Assembly: GCA_050014255.1 (NCBI GenBank)
Contig: JBEKDR010000006.1
Location: forward strand, 7,907-71,906
Direction: 5' to 3'
DNA from: Bacteroidales bacterium
GTDB taxonomy: Bacteria > Bacteroidota > Bacteroidia > Bacteroidales > VadinHA17
Length of the DNA stretch: 64,000 bases
Made by a program: the position numbers and the translations under genes. Position 1 is the first letter of the stretch. Each line of letters starts with the position of its first letter. Below the pieces are notes generated by a model. The model was not told the origin of the DNA, did no database searches, and saw only the letters and a program-made list of their open reading frames with translations. Positions 1 to 9,496 of this stretch are shown in pieces.

Positions 1-799
1 GAGTTGCAATTTCGCCGTCAGCTATGAACTTTTTTAGACCTGTGAATGTAGTGTCATTAAGTTCGGTTTTTATCGAAGTTTTAATCAGAGGTTCGTTCTC
101 AAAACACCATTTCACTGACGACTCCGTCATAAATGGAATAGCCTTTGAAAGCCCGATATTTTTAATTATCAATGTTGTTAAATAGACTGCCATTCCCTCT
201 GATACAATTTCTCTTTTTAAGGTGAACGGCTCCACGGGTCGTCTTTGGATATGAAGATTATGAGAATATTCATGCACCATGATTTTTGGAACATCCGCCG
301 TATCTATCAATAAAGAGATATAGATCGTACTTTTTTCAGATCCGGGTACTATAAAACATCCTCCATAAGGCAGAAAAAGACACAAATCAATCGGATTATG
401 GTTAAGTGGTTTAAGGATTTTATTTGCTCTGGGGATAAGTGAATCGCACAGATAATTCAGAGTTTTGTTATCATACAGACTGAAGTATTTTTCATAGTCT
501 TCTTTTTTAAAATTTGTCACTTCTTTCGGGAAGTTAATGGAATCAATTGCGCCCCAGCTTAATATCTTATTATGAACTGCCTGCATTTCCGGATACGCAT
601 CAAGTACTATTCTTTTATAGCTTTCCCAGCTTTTATCAGAATTAAGGAAATCTTCAAACGCCTTGTACGCAAGGATGATTCTTCCATTATCTTTTGTTAT
701 AATGTTTTCAGAATTGTTGCTCTGTGCTGTCAGCGACAAGGAAGATGAAAAAATAAATAGGGGAATAAGGAAGAAAATAATAATTAATGACTTTTTCAT
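1..799 (-). CDS. Secreted zinc metallopeptidase-like protein (gluzincin/DUF2268-like); 3' end runs off the window
   Basis: Not in the ORF track. Hand translation from ATG at 799 gives MKKSLIIIFFLIPLFIFSSSLSLTAQ (signal peptide), then MVHEYSH (HExxH) and SEGMAVY (third-ligand Glu motif); open to the window edge. Confidence 0.75.
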   Translation of the reverse strand, partial: MKKSLIIIFFLIPLFIFSSSLSLTAQSNNSENIITKDNGRIILAYKAFEDFLNSDKSWESYKRIVLDAYPEMQAVHNKILSWGAIDSINFPKEVTNFKKEDYEKYFSLYDNKTLNYLCDSLIPRANKILKPLNHNPIDLCLFLPYGGCFIVPGSEKSTIYISLLIDTADVPKIMVHEYSHNLHIQRRPVEPFTLKREIVSEGMAVYLTTLIIKNIGLSKAIPFMTESSVKWCFENEPLIKTSIKTELNDTTFTGLKKFIADGEIAT

Positions 800-830
800 T
801 GTGCTTAATTTAAAGTTTTTTTTAGTGAAT

Positions 831-856
831 GACTTTAGAAAATTATTATTGCTGCA
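831..856 (-). promoter_or_regulatory. ECF sigma-type promoter TGCAGC-N17-GTC
   Basis: Minus strand reads TGCAGC AATAATAATTTTCTAAA GTC, about 30 nt upstream of the ATG at 799; same layout as 4258-4283. Confidence 0.5.
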
Positions 857-920
857 TTTCCATGCCTCAATTCTTTGAAAATGGCAGGTCAGAGTTGATT
901 GTTCTGTTCAGGAAACGATA

Positions 921-1712
921 TTAGATGCTGCCACTTCCAACGCATGAAGAGAGACCCAAAAGCCATTTAAATACATCGTGCATAAATTCACCACACTCAT
1001 AATCATTAACACCTTTCCAGCTTGTCATGTACAACGATACCATGCCATCGCCCATTATAATCATTTTCCCTCCGTTCTGCAATTCTTTGAAAACACCGAA
1101 AGGATACTCTTCGGATTGTGTATTAAAACAGAACGGGGTACCTCCTTTGATGATTCTTCCTTCAGCGTAGGTGATTTTCAAAGCTCTGTCGGTTATTATC
1201 CCGGCCTTGGTATATCCACCTGATAGTGTATCAGGACTTTGACCACCAAATTGTATTCCAAAAGGCTCGATAATATCATTTATGGCTGTTTGTTCCAGGG
1301 TTGACCAGTAATCCACATCCATTGCAAGAAATAAAGCTCCGCCATTCTGAATGTACTCTGTTATTGCCTTTATTTCACCGGGTCCATACTTCGCCGATGG
1401 AATATGAATAAACAGCAAGTCGCAGTTTTTTAAATTCTCAGGTTTAATTTCCTCCTTTAAATATTCTATATCTGCATCAAGGGAGGAAGCATTTTTCATA
1501 ATCTGTCCTGTCATATATTTTACCCTTTCAACCTGATTCTTATTCATTCCTGCCATCATTGAAGGATCATTCCAGAATTTCTGTTTATGAGCAATATCAA
1601 TCAAAATCCTCTTCCTGGGAGACGGTGTTTGAGCAGCAAAAGTTCCGGCGCAAACAATAAATAACATCAAGGTGAAAATGAATAACTTTAATTTCATATT
1701 TGTTTTTGTCAT
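921..1712 (-). CDS. Secreted class I glutamine amidotransferase-like fold protein (DUF4350/GldG-like)
   Basis: Signal peptide; ILIDIAH, LKNCDLLFI, YIQNGGALFL and GKMIIMGD segments typical of non-catalytic GATase1-like domains. Confidence 0.55.
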   Translation of the reverse strand: MTKTNMKLKLFIFTLMLFIVCAGTFAAQTPSPRKRILIDIAHKQKFWNDPSMMAGMNKNQVERVKYMTGQIMKNASSLDADIEYLKEEIKPENLKNCDLLFIHIPSAKYGPGEIKAITEYIQNGGALFLAMDVDYWSTLEQTAINDIIEPFGIQFGGQSPDTLSGGYTKAGIITDRALKITYAEGRIIKGGTPFCFNTQSEEYPFGVFKELQNGGKMIIMGDGMVSLYMTSWKGVNDYECGEFMHDVFKWLLGLSSCVGSGSI

Positions 1713-1762
1713 AGCCAGGTTGTTTGAAATTATTTGAAGTTTAGGAATTCATGTATTGTAAA

Positions 1763-4183
1763 TTACTCATATTTAAGCGATTTTGCAGGATTTACATTGG
1801 CTGCCCTCAGTATCCTGTAACTTATTGTAATTAAGGCTATCCCCAAAGCGATAGTAAGACCTGCAACAAAACTAAATACACCCAGCGTTATTCTGTAATA
1901 AAAATTCTGCAACCAATGTTCAGCAATGTAATAGATCAGGGGGCAGGCTATAAGCGACGATACTGAAACAAGGATGACAATCTCGCGCGAAATTTCAACA
2001 TAGATTCCAGCAACTGAAGAACCCATAGCTTTCCTTACCCCTATCTCCTTGGTTCTCTGCTCAACTGTAAACGAAGTGAGTCCGAATAATCCCAGTGCAG
2101 CAATGAATATAGCCAGTATGGAAAAGATCACAGCCATTTTTGCATTCTGCTTTTCCTGAACATACATCTTTTCAAAGTCAGCGTCAACAAAATAATATTG
2201 CAATGGTGTATTAGCTGCATATTCTTTCCATACTTTTTCAATATCATTGATGGTCTGGGTATAATTCCTGGCATTAAGTCTGACAGTAATATAACCCCAT
2301 AAAAAATTTTCTGACTGGAAACACAGAATACATGGGCCGATTGGATTCCTGAGTGATTCAAAGTTGAAATTTTTTACAACTCCGATAACAGGAATGTACT
2401 TTCTGTCTTTAGGGTCTCCCGGTTGTATGAACCTGGCTTTCAAAGGATCAGCAATATCAAATTTCTTTGCTACACTTTCGTTAATCAGGCAGGCTTCTTT
2501 ATCTGTCGAAAATGATTCACTGAATGATCTTCCCGAAGCCAGTTTCATACCATAAGTATCAAGATAATCGTAATCTACCCAGTTTGTGACCATCAGGAAG
2601 GATTCATCTTTCCTTCCTTCGAGTCCGTAGCCATTGTTATTGTTTACGCGCCCGGGTACAGCAGTTGAGCTTGAGATATTTTCAACTCCTGAAATCCTCT
2701 TAACAGATTCTTTAAACGATTTCATTTTTTGTCCGATTGCATCGGCCCTGTCGATTACTATCAGCTGTTCTTTATTGAAGCCAACATCTTTGTTCAGCAT
2801 ATAATTGATCTGACGGTACATAACCATTGTGCAAACGATCAGCAAAATAGAAACAGCGAATTGAAATACGACCAGCACCCTTCTGAGCTTTCCGTTTTTC
2901 ATACTGTTCTTCACACTTCCCTTTAATACTTCGTATGGATTAAAAGACGAAAGAAAGAAAGCCGGATAACTGCCTGAAAGAATCCCTACTACTACAGAGA
3001 AAAGGATCAGGGCTGGAATTGTGTACCAGTTTGTAAGAAGATTCAGTGCGAGCGATGCTCCAAGCAGATTATTGAAATAGGGAAGAGTAACTTTTATAAA
3101 AACCAGAGCGAGTATAAGTGATGTGAGTGAAAGGATAAATGACTCCGTAAGAAATTGAGCCATAAGCATTCCCCTGGTAGATCCTCCGAGCTTTTTTATG
3201 CCGACTTCCTTGGCTCTTTTTGCTGCCTGCGCAGTGGAAAGGTTCATAAAGTTTATTGATGCTATCAGTACTATAAGTATTGCAATAGCTCCGAAAATCT
3301 TCAGATATTTCGGATCGCTTGCAGGCTTAAACTCCTGTTGAATTGACGGATCAAGATGGGCTTTTTGAATATTCTGAAGAAAAAATCTGTATTTATTGCC
3401 CTGCTTGGAAAATTCAGTCAATGAGATACCCATATATTTCTCGGCTTCCGGTCCAACGTACTTCGTGATCAATTCAGGAAACTTGTTATCTACACTTTTA
3501 TAATTTGCATTTGGTTTGAGAAGCAGGTAGGTGCTGAAACTATTGTTCATCCAGATGGGGTTGTTCGCCCTGGGATTTGTCATAAAAGATGTAAGCATAC
3601 TGGCTTCAAAATGGGAATTCCCCGGTACATCGCCCATAACGCCGGTGACGATATATCTTACTGTATCTGAACCGATTTTAAGCGCTTTATCAATAGGATT
3701 CTCATTCCCGAAAATCTTTTTTGCAGTTGACTCGGCTAGTACCACCCGGTGTGGAGCATTCAGAAGATTTTTCGGATCACCCTTTAAAACAGGTATCGAA
3801 AAGATATTAAAGAATGAGGAATCCGCTTCAATAATGTTGTTATCAGTAAAAGTCTGATTTTTATAATCAACTACCGATGGTCCCTCTTTCGTCATTCTGC
3901 AATAATCTTCAATTTCAGGAAATTCCCTTAAAAGCGTAGGTCCCATTATAGAAGGTGATGTAGCATATGTTATTTCCTGACCACTTATCTTTCCGTTAAG
4001 TATGGTTCTGAAAATCCTGTCTTTCTTGGTATTATACCTGTCAAAACTTGATTCATTGATCACATATAAAGTAATTAACAGGCTGCAGGTGATACCAATA
4101 GATAAGCCAAGAATATTGATAATGATATAAGCACGTTGTCTTTTAAATGACCTTAGGCTATGCTTGAGAAGATTGTTTAACAT
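1763..4183 (-). CDS. ABC transporter permease (MacB/FtsX family, duplicated Bacteroidota type)
   Basis: 806 aa; INFMNLSTA..RAKEVGIKK and RTKEIGVRKAMG motifs; C-terminal NPAKSLKYE. Confidence 0.92.
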   Translation of the reverse strand: MLNNLLKHSLRSFKRQRAYIIINILGLSIGITCSLLITLYVINESSFDRYNTKKDRIFRTILNGKISGQEITYATSPSIMGPTLLREFPEIEDYCRMTKEGPSVVDYKNQTFTDNNIIEADSSFFNIFSIPVLKGDPKNLLNAPHRVVLAESTAKKIFGNENPIDKALKIGSDTVRYIVTGVMGDVPGNSHFEASMLTSFMTNPRANNPIWMNNSFSTYLLLKPNANYKSVDNKFPELITKYVGPEAEKYMGISLTEFSKQGNKYRFFLQNIQKAHLDPSIQQEFKPASDPKYLKIFGAIAILIVLIASINFMNLSTAQAAKRAKEVGIKKLGGSTRGMLMAQFLTESFILSLTSLILALVFIKVTLPYFNNLLGASLALNLLTNWYTIPALILFSVVVGILSGSYPAFFLSSFNPYEVLKGSVKNSMKNGKLRRVLVVFQFAVSILLIVCTMVMYRQINYMLNKDVGFNKEQLIVIDRADAIGQKMKSFKESVKRISGVENISSSTAVPGRVNNNNGYGLEGRKDESFLMVTNWVDYDYLDTYGMKLASGRSFSESFSTDKEACLINESVAKKFDIADPLKARFIQPGDPKDRKYIPVIGVVKNFNFESLRNPIGPCILCFQSENFLWGYITVRLNARNYTQTINDIEKVWKEYAANTPLQYYFVDADFEKMYVQEKQNAKMAVIFSILAIFIAALGLFGLTSFTVEQRTKEIGVRKAMGSSVAGIYVEISREIVILVSVSSLIACPLIYYIAEHWLQNFYYRITLGVFSFVAGLTIALGIALITISYRILRAANVNPAKSLKYE

Positions 4184-4221
4184 GTCATTCGGTTTTAGTA
4201 GGGTTCGTATAATTAATTAAT

Positions 4222-4253
4222 AAAAAGAGATCGTTAATTTCATGATCTCTTTT
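4222..4253 (-). terminator. Hairpin followed by a U-tract, between the predicted ECF promoter and the permease start
   Basis: Minus strand AAAAGAGATC-ATGAAATTAAC-GATCTCTTTTT. Confidence 0.4.
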
Positions 4254-4257
4254 AATA

Positions 4258-4283
4258 GACGAAATAAAATTTACAATGCTGCA
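4258..4283 (-). promoter_or_regulatory. ECF sigma-type promoter TGCAGC-N17-GTCTA
   Basis: Minus strand TGCAGC ATTGTAAATTTTATTTC GTCTA upstream of the permease; same motif and spacing as 831-856. Confidence 0.55.
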
Positions 4284-4399
4284 ATCCCGAAAAAATTCAA
4301 TTGCAGTTAACTGAAATTAATAAACATGGCCCGTACTGATCTATTGGCTGTAAACGCAAGGTTGTCTTCATTTTAGCCAAAGGATTGATTAAATTGAAA

Positions 4400-4786
4400 T
4401 CAGGTGTAAAGATTATGTGGTCTGTTAACTCTTTTGTTGAAGATACTGTCTAAAATACCCACTATAATAAATGAAAAAATAAGGTAATCATACTGGACCA
4501 CCAGATTCCCAATCTTTCTGATAATCGTCATAGAATTTTTTATGGCATTTGTAAAATAATCTAATCCCGGAAAATAAAGGAGAAGGATCCAGAGTAAAGC
4601 TAAAATGATGAACTCAATGCCAATAAATACCAGAATGTTTAAATACAGTTGCTTCCGGTCATTCAGCCTTTTATTTTCAAGCAGGATCCTGCCCATTAAC
4701 TTCTCATCAAAGAGTGGATCGGGCAGATCCAATCTGCTGTCATCCATAAGTTCTTTTGTCAGTTTTTCAATATTCGCGTTATCCAT
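4400..4786 (-). CDS. Putative membrane anti-sigma factor
   Basis: Overlaps the ECF stop codon; N-terminal P..F...LM..I motif followed by two TM helices. Confidence 0.6.
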   Translation of the reverse strand: MDNANIEKLTKELMDDSRLDLPDPLFDEKLMGRILLENKRLNDRKQLYLNILVFIGIEFIILALLWILLLYFPGLDYFTNAIKNSMTIIRKIGNLVVQYDYLIFSFIIVGILDSIFNKRVNRPHNLYT

Positions 4787-5349
4787 TATAATATACTTTT
4801 AAGTTCCAGTTTTAAATTTTCTTCAAGAATCATGTACATTTTCTTCCTGGCTCTTAACAATCTCATTTTCACATTTTCAACTTTAATACCTGTTATCTGA
4901 GTTATCTCTTCTATCGAATTTTCATTCAGATAGAACAGCGTAAGCAGCAGACTATCTTCTTCCGGAAGCTCTTTCAATGCGGAATTAATAAATTTCACGC
5001 GTTCGACCTGTGTCAGATTCCTGTATGCTGTATCAATCTCTTCAAACTGAATTTCGGGAATAGCGTTTATATCTATTTCAATTATTGATTTTTTTACCTG
5101 ACTTCTTACCGATAATGCCCTGTTGACCACAATTCTATAAAACCATGTAGAAAATTTTGAACTTTGTTTGAATTTGTGAAGAGATTTGTAAGCCCTCATA
5201 AAAGAGTCCTGAACAATTTCCTCGGCATCTTCTTTATTATTGACGATCCGGAAAGCTATCGAGTATGCCATATCTTTATACTGAGATACAAAATAGGAGA
5301 ACCTGTTAGGATTCCCGTCAAGAACCTCCCGGATATACTGATTTTCCAT
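4786..5349 (-). CDS. ECF RNA polymerase sigma-70 factor
   Basis: Region 2 DAEEIVQDSFMRAY/FSTWFYRI and region 4 SIEEITQITG..VKMRLLRARKK. Confidence 0.93.
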   Translation of the reverse strand: MENQYIREVLDGNPNRFSYFVSQYKDMAYSIAFRIVNNKEDAEEIVQDSFMRAYKSLHKFKQSSKFSTWFYRIVVNRALSVRSQVKKSIIEIDINAIPEIQFEEIDTAYRNLTQVERVKFINSALKELPEEDSLLLTLFYLNENSIEEITQITGIKVENVKMRLLRARKKMYMILEENLKLELKSIL

Positions 5350-5353
5350 TTAT

Positions 5354-5758
5354 TTATTTATTCTTACCGGAAGATATTCTCTTCTGATAAAAATGATAAG
5401 CAAGGAACCCGAAACCTACAAAAAAAGCAGGAAGAATATAAATTAAAGTACCGTTATCCGTGTTGGAATGGAACATTGAAATTGCAGCAATGATCCTTCC
5501 AAGACCTGCAAATACCAGGATTAATCCGATCAGAAATAGTCTGTTGGATGGCGCTCTTTCCGGTACATGATCTGCCAGATTTGGATCCATTCCCTTATCA
5601 ATCAGGGCAAGTCTTTCTTTATTCCTGGCTTCAATTTTTGCAAGTCTTTCTTCTTTGCGTCCGATATGTCTCATTAAGATGAGCCATATTGCAATTCCTG
5701 TACCTCCAACCACCGCAATAAATGCAATGAGTAAACCGATAATTGTTGCTGAGTCCAT
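5354..5758 (-). CDS. DUF6249-like membrane protein (ECF-associated)
   Basis: TM, then RNKERLALIDKGMDP motif, then two TMs; directly upstream of the ECF gene. Confidence 0.7.
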   Translation of the reverse strand: MDSATIIGLLIAFIAVVGGTGIAIWLILMRHIGRKEERLAKIEARNKERLALIDKGMDPNLADHVPERAPSNRLFLIGLILVFAGLGRIIAAISMFHSNTDNGTLIYILPAFFVGFGFLAYHFYQKRISSGKNK

Positions 5759-5875
5759 GTTCTTAATATTTAAGTTTAAAATTATAAATTAATAAAAGTC
5801 AAGTCAATAACTAAAGGATCATTTTTTTCAGGAGTTTAAGCTTTTTAGTTCTTTTAATAATGTTTTTATATATAT

Positions 5876-5902
5876 GACTTCATAGAACAGGTCCAGGTAA
5901 CT
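5876..5902 (-). promoter_or_regulatory. ECF promoter AGTTACCTG-N12-GAAGTC, probably autoregulatory
   Basis: Same two boxes and same spacing as 7242-7268; lies upstream of the DUF6249-ECF-anti-sigma operon. Confidence 0.65.
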
Positions 5903-5910
5903 TTTTCTTA

Positions 5911-7167
5911 TTAATATTTTTTCCCATTCAGCAAAACACCCATCCACGTTCTTCGCACAAGGAAATGATACGATGATATCATTATCATAAATGAAGGAAT
6001 AAAAACGAGTAGTAGCTTAATAGCCCAGTGAACCGGCAATGGAAATACCAGTATCTGGAAAAACAGAACAACAGGGAGGTGTATCAGGTACAGCCAGTAG
6101 GAAGACTGAGATAAATATGTGATCAGTTTGCTTTGTTTTGCAAAAAGAGTCATCATAATTCCTATGAATGCAAAAACAGCAGCCATAGAAGCCAGACCAT
6201 AAAAACTGTTGAATCCTATCGATATAAACTTCAGGATAGCTGGATTAGTAATACCCGCCAGAAATCCAGGGTGTTTGATTTTATAAATAAAAAAAGCACA
6301 GATTGTTCCAAGGAAGAAAAGGCAAATGGTCAGATTTGATTTCCAGTACTTTTTAAAGCTAACCATCAGCTGCGGACCTCTGTGCAGAAACCATCCCAGT
6401 GAAAAATAGAGACCAAAAACCAGGAATGATGCACCATAAGGTATTAAGCCATGATCAGGTGCATCTACCCCGAAACCATTCTTCATCATCAGCATTCCCG
6501 GAATGGTTACCATAGCAAAAATGAGACTACCCCACCAGCGCGACATCAATAATGCAATGCATTTATCCAGACTAATTCTGATTTTATTATTTCTATCAAT
6601 TAAACAATCGAATAAAAATCGAATTATTAGCACTGATATAAAAAACCAGGTCAGAATATAGAGAAACCAAAGGTGCGTCAAAGGGAATCCACCAGTCAGC
6701 CATCTGCCTGAAACAAAGTTTCCTATTACTATTTGCCAGTAACTAAGGCTAGCGGTTGAGGGATTCATGCTCAGGTATCCCATCCTCTGGTAACCCCAGA
6801 TCCATAGCATACTTATAAATAAGAAAATAAAAGGCCATAAAATTAATAGAGGCAGGGTGATGCGTTTAGTACGATGTATTATAAAACCTTTAGCTCCCTT
6901 CCTGTGATAAATCATATGGGCAAAAAAACCGGCAATCAGAAAGAATGCCTGCATACGAAAGGAATGCGATAAAAAGAAGAACGCATCAACTCCAAGGCTT
7001 GACTGGTTATTCCTGACAGCCCAGGTAAGAGGAGCCATATAAGAAACCATAAAGATAACACCGTGAAAAAGGATACCGATCAGAAGAGCAAAGGCTCTTG
7101 CGGCATCGAGATAATAAAAGCGTTCTTCAGTCTGAACAGCATTTTTAGTAGTTAGTGAATTCATCAT
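5911..7167 (-). CDS. Acyltransferase family 3 (OpgC/MdoC-like) membrane protein
   Basis: RFYYLDAARA, HSFRMQAFFLIAGFF, HLWFLYIL and SYWLYLIH motifs; about 10 TMs. Confidence 0.88.
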   Translation of the reverse strand: MMNSLTTKNAVQTEERFYYLDAARAFALLIGILFHGVIFMVSYMAPLTWAVRNNQSSLGVDAFFFLSHSFRMQAFFLIAGFFAHMIYHRKGAKGFIIHRTKRITLPLLILWPFIFLFISMLWIWGYQRMGYLSMNPSTASLSYWQIVIGNFVSGRWLTGGFPLTHLWFLYILTWFFISVLIIRFLFDCLIDRNNKIRISLDKCIALLMSRWWGSLIFAMVTIPGMLMMKNGFGVDAPDHGLIPYGASFLVFGLYFSLGWFLHRGPQLMVSFKKYWKSNLTICLFFLGTICAFFIYKIKHPGFLAGITNPAILKFISIGFNSFYGLASMAAVFAFIGIMMTLFAKQSKLITYLSQSSYWLYLIHLPVVLFFQILVFPLPVHWAIKLLLVFIPSFMIMISSYHFLVRRTWMGVLLNGKKY

Positions 7168-7241
7168 TAAAAGTTTTTATGTGTAAATAATTCAATTCAG
7201 TCATCGAAATCCGATAGTTGAATTTTGTACTTGTCACATAA

Positions 7242-7268
7242 GACTTCCTGGTATTAATTCAGGTAACT
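7242..7268 (-). promoter_or_regulatory. ECF promoter AGTTACCTG-N12-GAAGTC
   Basis: Second copy of the motif, about 75 nt upstream of the acyltransferase. Confidence 0.65.
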
Positions 7269-7321
7269 CAGAAAGAAGAATTTTAATAACTGACTACTGG
7301 ATAGCTCGGCATCAGAACCTT

Positions 7322-7765
7322 TTACGAAGTAATTTTATATTTCACATCGATCTCTGCATTCCCTTTTATCATAGACCAGACGGGACAATAGGTATCTTCT
7401 GAAAGTTTGATGACTTTATTCATATTGTCTACAGTAACATCTGAAGATTTAAGATTAATCTCAACGAATATTATTTTGAACCCTGTGGGGTGTTCCTCTT
7501 TTCTGAGTCCTCTTGATTTTATCTCAAAACCTGCTATTGTCTTTTTCATTTTCCTTAGAAAAAGAAGTACTGAACTGCCAATGCAGGAAGAGAGACTCAA
7601 AAGCAATAATTCAAGTGAAGTATACCCTAAATTATCTCCAAGAGGTGGAATATAATCTATAGAGACCGGATTATTGACACCGGCAATACCTTTAAAATTG
7701 AGCTTATCATTTATAAGTACAACAGATGCGCATACCTCTTTTGTTTTGTCAACCACTTTCTCCAT
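7322..7765 (-). CDS. OsmC/YhfA family protein
   Basis: ELLLLSLSSC ... YCPV cysteine pair. Confidence 0.88.
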   Translation of the reverse strand: MEKVVDKTKEVCASVVLINDKLNFKGIAGVNNPVSIDYIPPLGDNLGYTSLELLLLSLSSCIGSSVLLFLRKMKKTIAGFEIKSRGLRKEEHPTGFKIIFVEINLKSSDVTVDNMNKVIKLSEDTYCPVWSMIKGNAEIDVKYKITS

Positions 7766-7812
7766 ATCAGATCTCTGCTAATTTTAAGATATTTTAATTA
7801 TTTATCAATTTT

Positions 7813-9357
7813 TTATTTGGTATAGGGGCTAATCTGCCCTTTCCAGAAGTCGTTGAAATCCGACTTTGGGTGTTTAAATATATAAATTTTAGTATTGTAT
7901 TCAACTGCCATACTGTTAGTGACCGTTCCGATTTCTGTCATTTCACTAAAAAAGGCTTTTGTATCCCTGAAATTCCCGCTTTCAAGAGCATCAGAGCTTA
8001 TTACATAAATAATCTCCTTAATATCGTTTTTGAATTTCAGTGGAAGCCAATATTTAAATGATTCACTGAAACTTACAGGTTCGGGCAAACCATATTTTCT
8101 GCCAATTATGCTTATTGCGCCGGCTTGCCCGTAGTTCGTACAAAAGATGAAACAATCATCTTTATTCTCAACCTGTTCCCAGGCTTTACTGGTTAACTCC
8201 GTTATTTCATTCCAACCAAGCATATCAGCCTGGATCTGGGGAAGACTTCTGTTTTTGCCATCTTCATCCTTTCTTAATAAATCAGCCCCTGTAATCTTTG
8301 CAAAATTATCATAGTAACTGATCATTTTCTGTGGCCTGAAAACAGGCAGACCCAGGGGTAACAACAAAATTGATAATGCCAGAAAGACAAAGAAGATGGC
8401 ATAGAAAATAAAACGATTCCTGACAGCCTTTTTGAGAAATAATGCTCCTGTCACAATTAAGAATGGATAAAGTCCGGCTGTATAAAAACTTTTCCCTCTA
8501 AGGATGAAAAACATGATAATGACCAATGCAGAAATTGATATCAATAGTCTGAATTCTTTGAATTGTTTATTTATTAAAAAGAAAAAAATACCAGGCAGAA
8601 TAATGAAAGTACATGGTAATAATAAAATCAGCTGTTCAATGAGAAAAGAGATCCTGCTGACATTTGAGAGCTGGCTGTTATTCAGTTCTATCATGTGGTT
8701 GATAACCGGAAGATGATGTTTTATCTGCCAGATAATGTTCGGAGAGGCTACAATAAAAAATATCAAAACTGCATAATAGAAATACCTGTCTATAATGACT
8801 TTCCTGTGCTTTGTGAACCTGATCACCGCTAAGATTGAAAAGAGAAGGAACAGGATGCTGTATTTATTGAGAAAAGCGACTCCCGTAGTAGCTCCGATAA
8901 GCAATAAATATGAATTTGAATTGGTTTTAAGGAACCTTATCAGAAAATAAATTGTCAGGGTCCAGAAAAAGATATCAAAGCAATAAGGTGTAAAGGCTCC
9001 ATATATCATAACTAAGAACGTACTGGTTCCGACACCGACAGCAGAGATTAACTGAGCGCGAAAATTTCCATATAATTCTTTGGCAATCAGTGTTGACAGA
9101 TAAATTAACATTCCACTTAAAATTGACGGAAAAAATCTTACAGCAAATAAAGAATAGCCAAACAGACCTTTTGCAATAAAAGCCATAAAACCTGTCAGGG
9201 GAGGTTCGGTGGCATAACCAAAATCGAGATGCCTGCAAAAAGAAAAATAGAGCAATTCATCTCTCTGATACTCAAAACCCGGACCGGATAAAAAGTGTAA
9301 AATAATAGTTGCCAGAGAAATAATAATTATAATTGACTTTTGTTGATTCTGTTTCAT
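7813..9357 (-). CDS. Glycosyltransferase family 39 (ArnT/PMT-like, GT-C fold)
   Basis: RDELLY, FGYATEPPL, NKYS, SPNIIWQ and NYGQAGAI motifs; multi-TM. Confidence 0.85.
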   Translation of the reverse strand: MKQNQQKSIIIIISLATIILHFLSGPGFEYQRDELLYFSFCRHLDFGYATEPPLTGFMAFIAKGLFGYSLFAVRFFPSILSGMLIYLSTLIAKELYGNFRAQLISAVGVGTSTFLVMIYGAFTPYCFDIFFWTLTIYFLIRFLKTNSNSYLLLIGATTGVAFLNKYSILFLLFSILAVIRFTKHRKVIIDRYFYYAVLIFFIVASPNIIWQIKHHLPVINHMIELNNSQLSNVSRISFLIEQLILLLPCTFIILPGIFFFLINKQFKEFRLLISISALVIIMFFILRGKSFYTAGLYPFLIVTGALFLKKAVRNRFIFYAIFFVFLALSILLLPLGLPVFRPQKMISYYDNFAKITGADLLRKDEDGKNRSLPQIQADMLGWNEITELTSKAWEQVENKDDCFIFCTNYGQAGAISIIGRKYGLPEPVSFSESFKYWLPLKFKNDIKEIIYVISSDALESGNFRDTKAFFSEMTEIGTVTNSMAVEYNTKIYIFKHPKSDFNDFWKGQISPYTK

Positions 9358-9459
9358 ATTAGTATCTTTTTACAATGATGTACTTCACCTTCCCCAGCAG
9401 ATGTCTGGCAAGCATAGCCAGGTCTGCTTACCCTTTGCGGTACTTCGTGATTAATTTTA

Positions 9460-9488
9460 TAGACTGAACCAGTCATGGGATGGTTTCA
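9460..9488 (-). promoter_or_regulatory. ECF promoter TGAAACC-N17-GTCTA
   Basis: Minus strand TGAAACC ATCCCATGACTGGTTCA GTCTA upstream of GT39/OsmC. Confidence 0.55.
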
Positions 9489-9496
9489 CATATATA

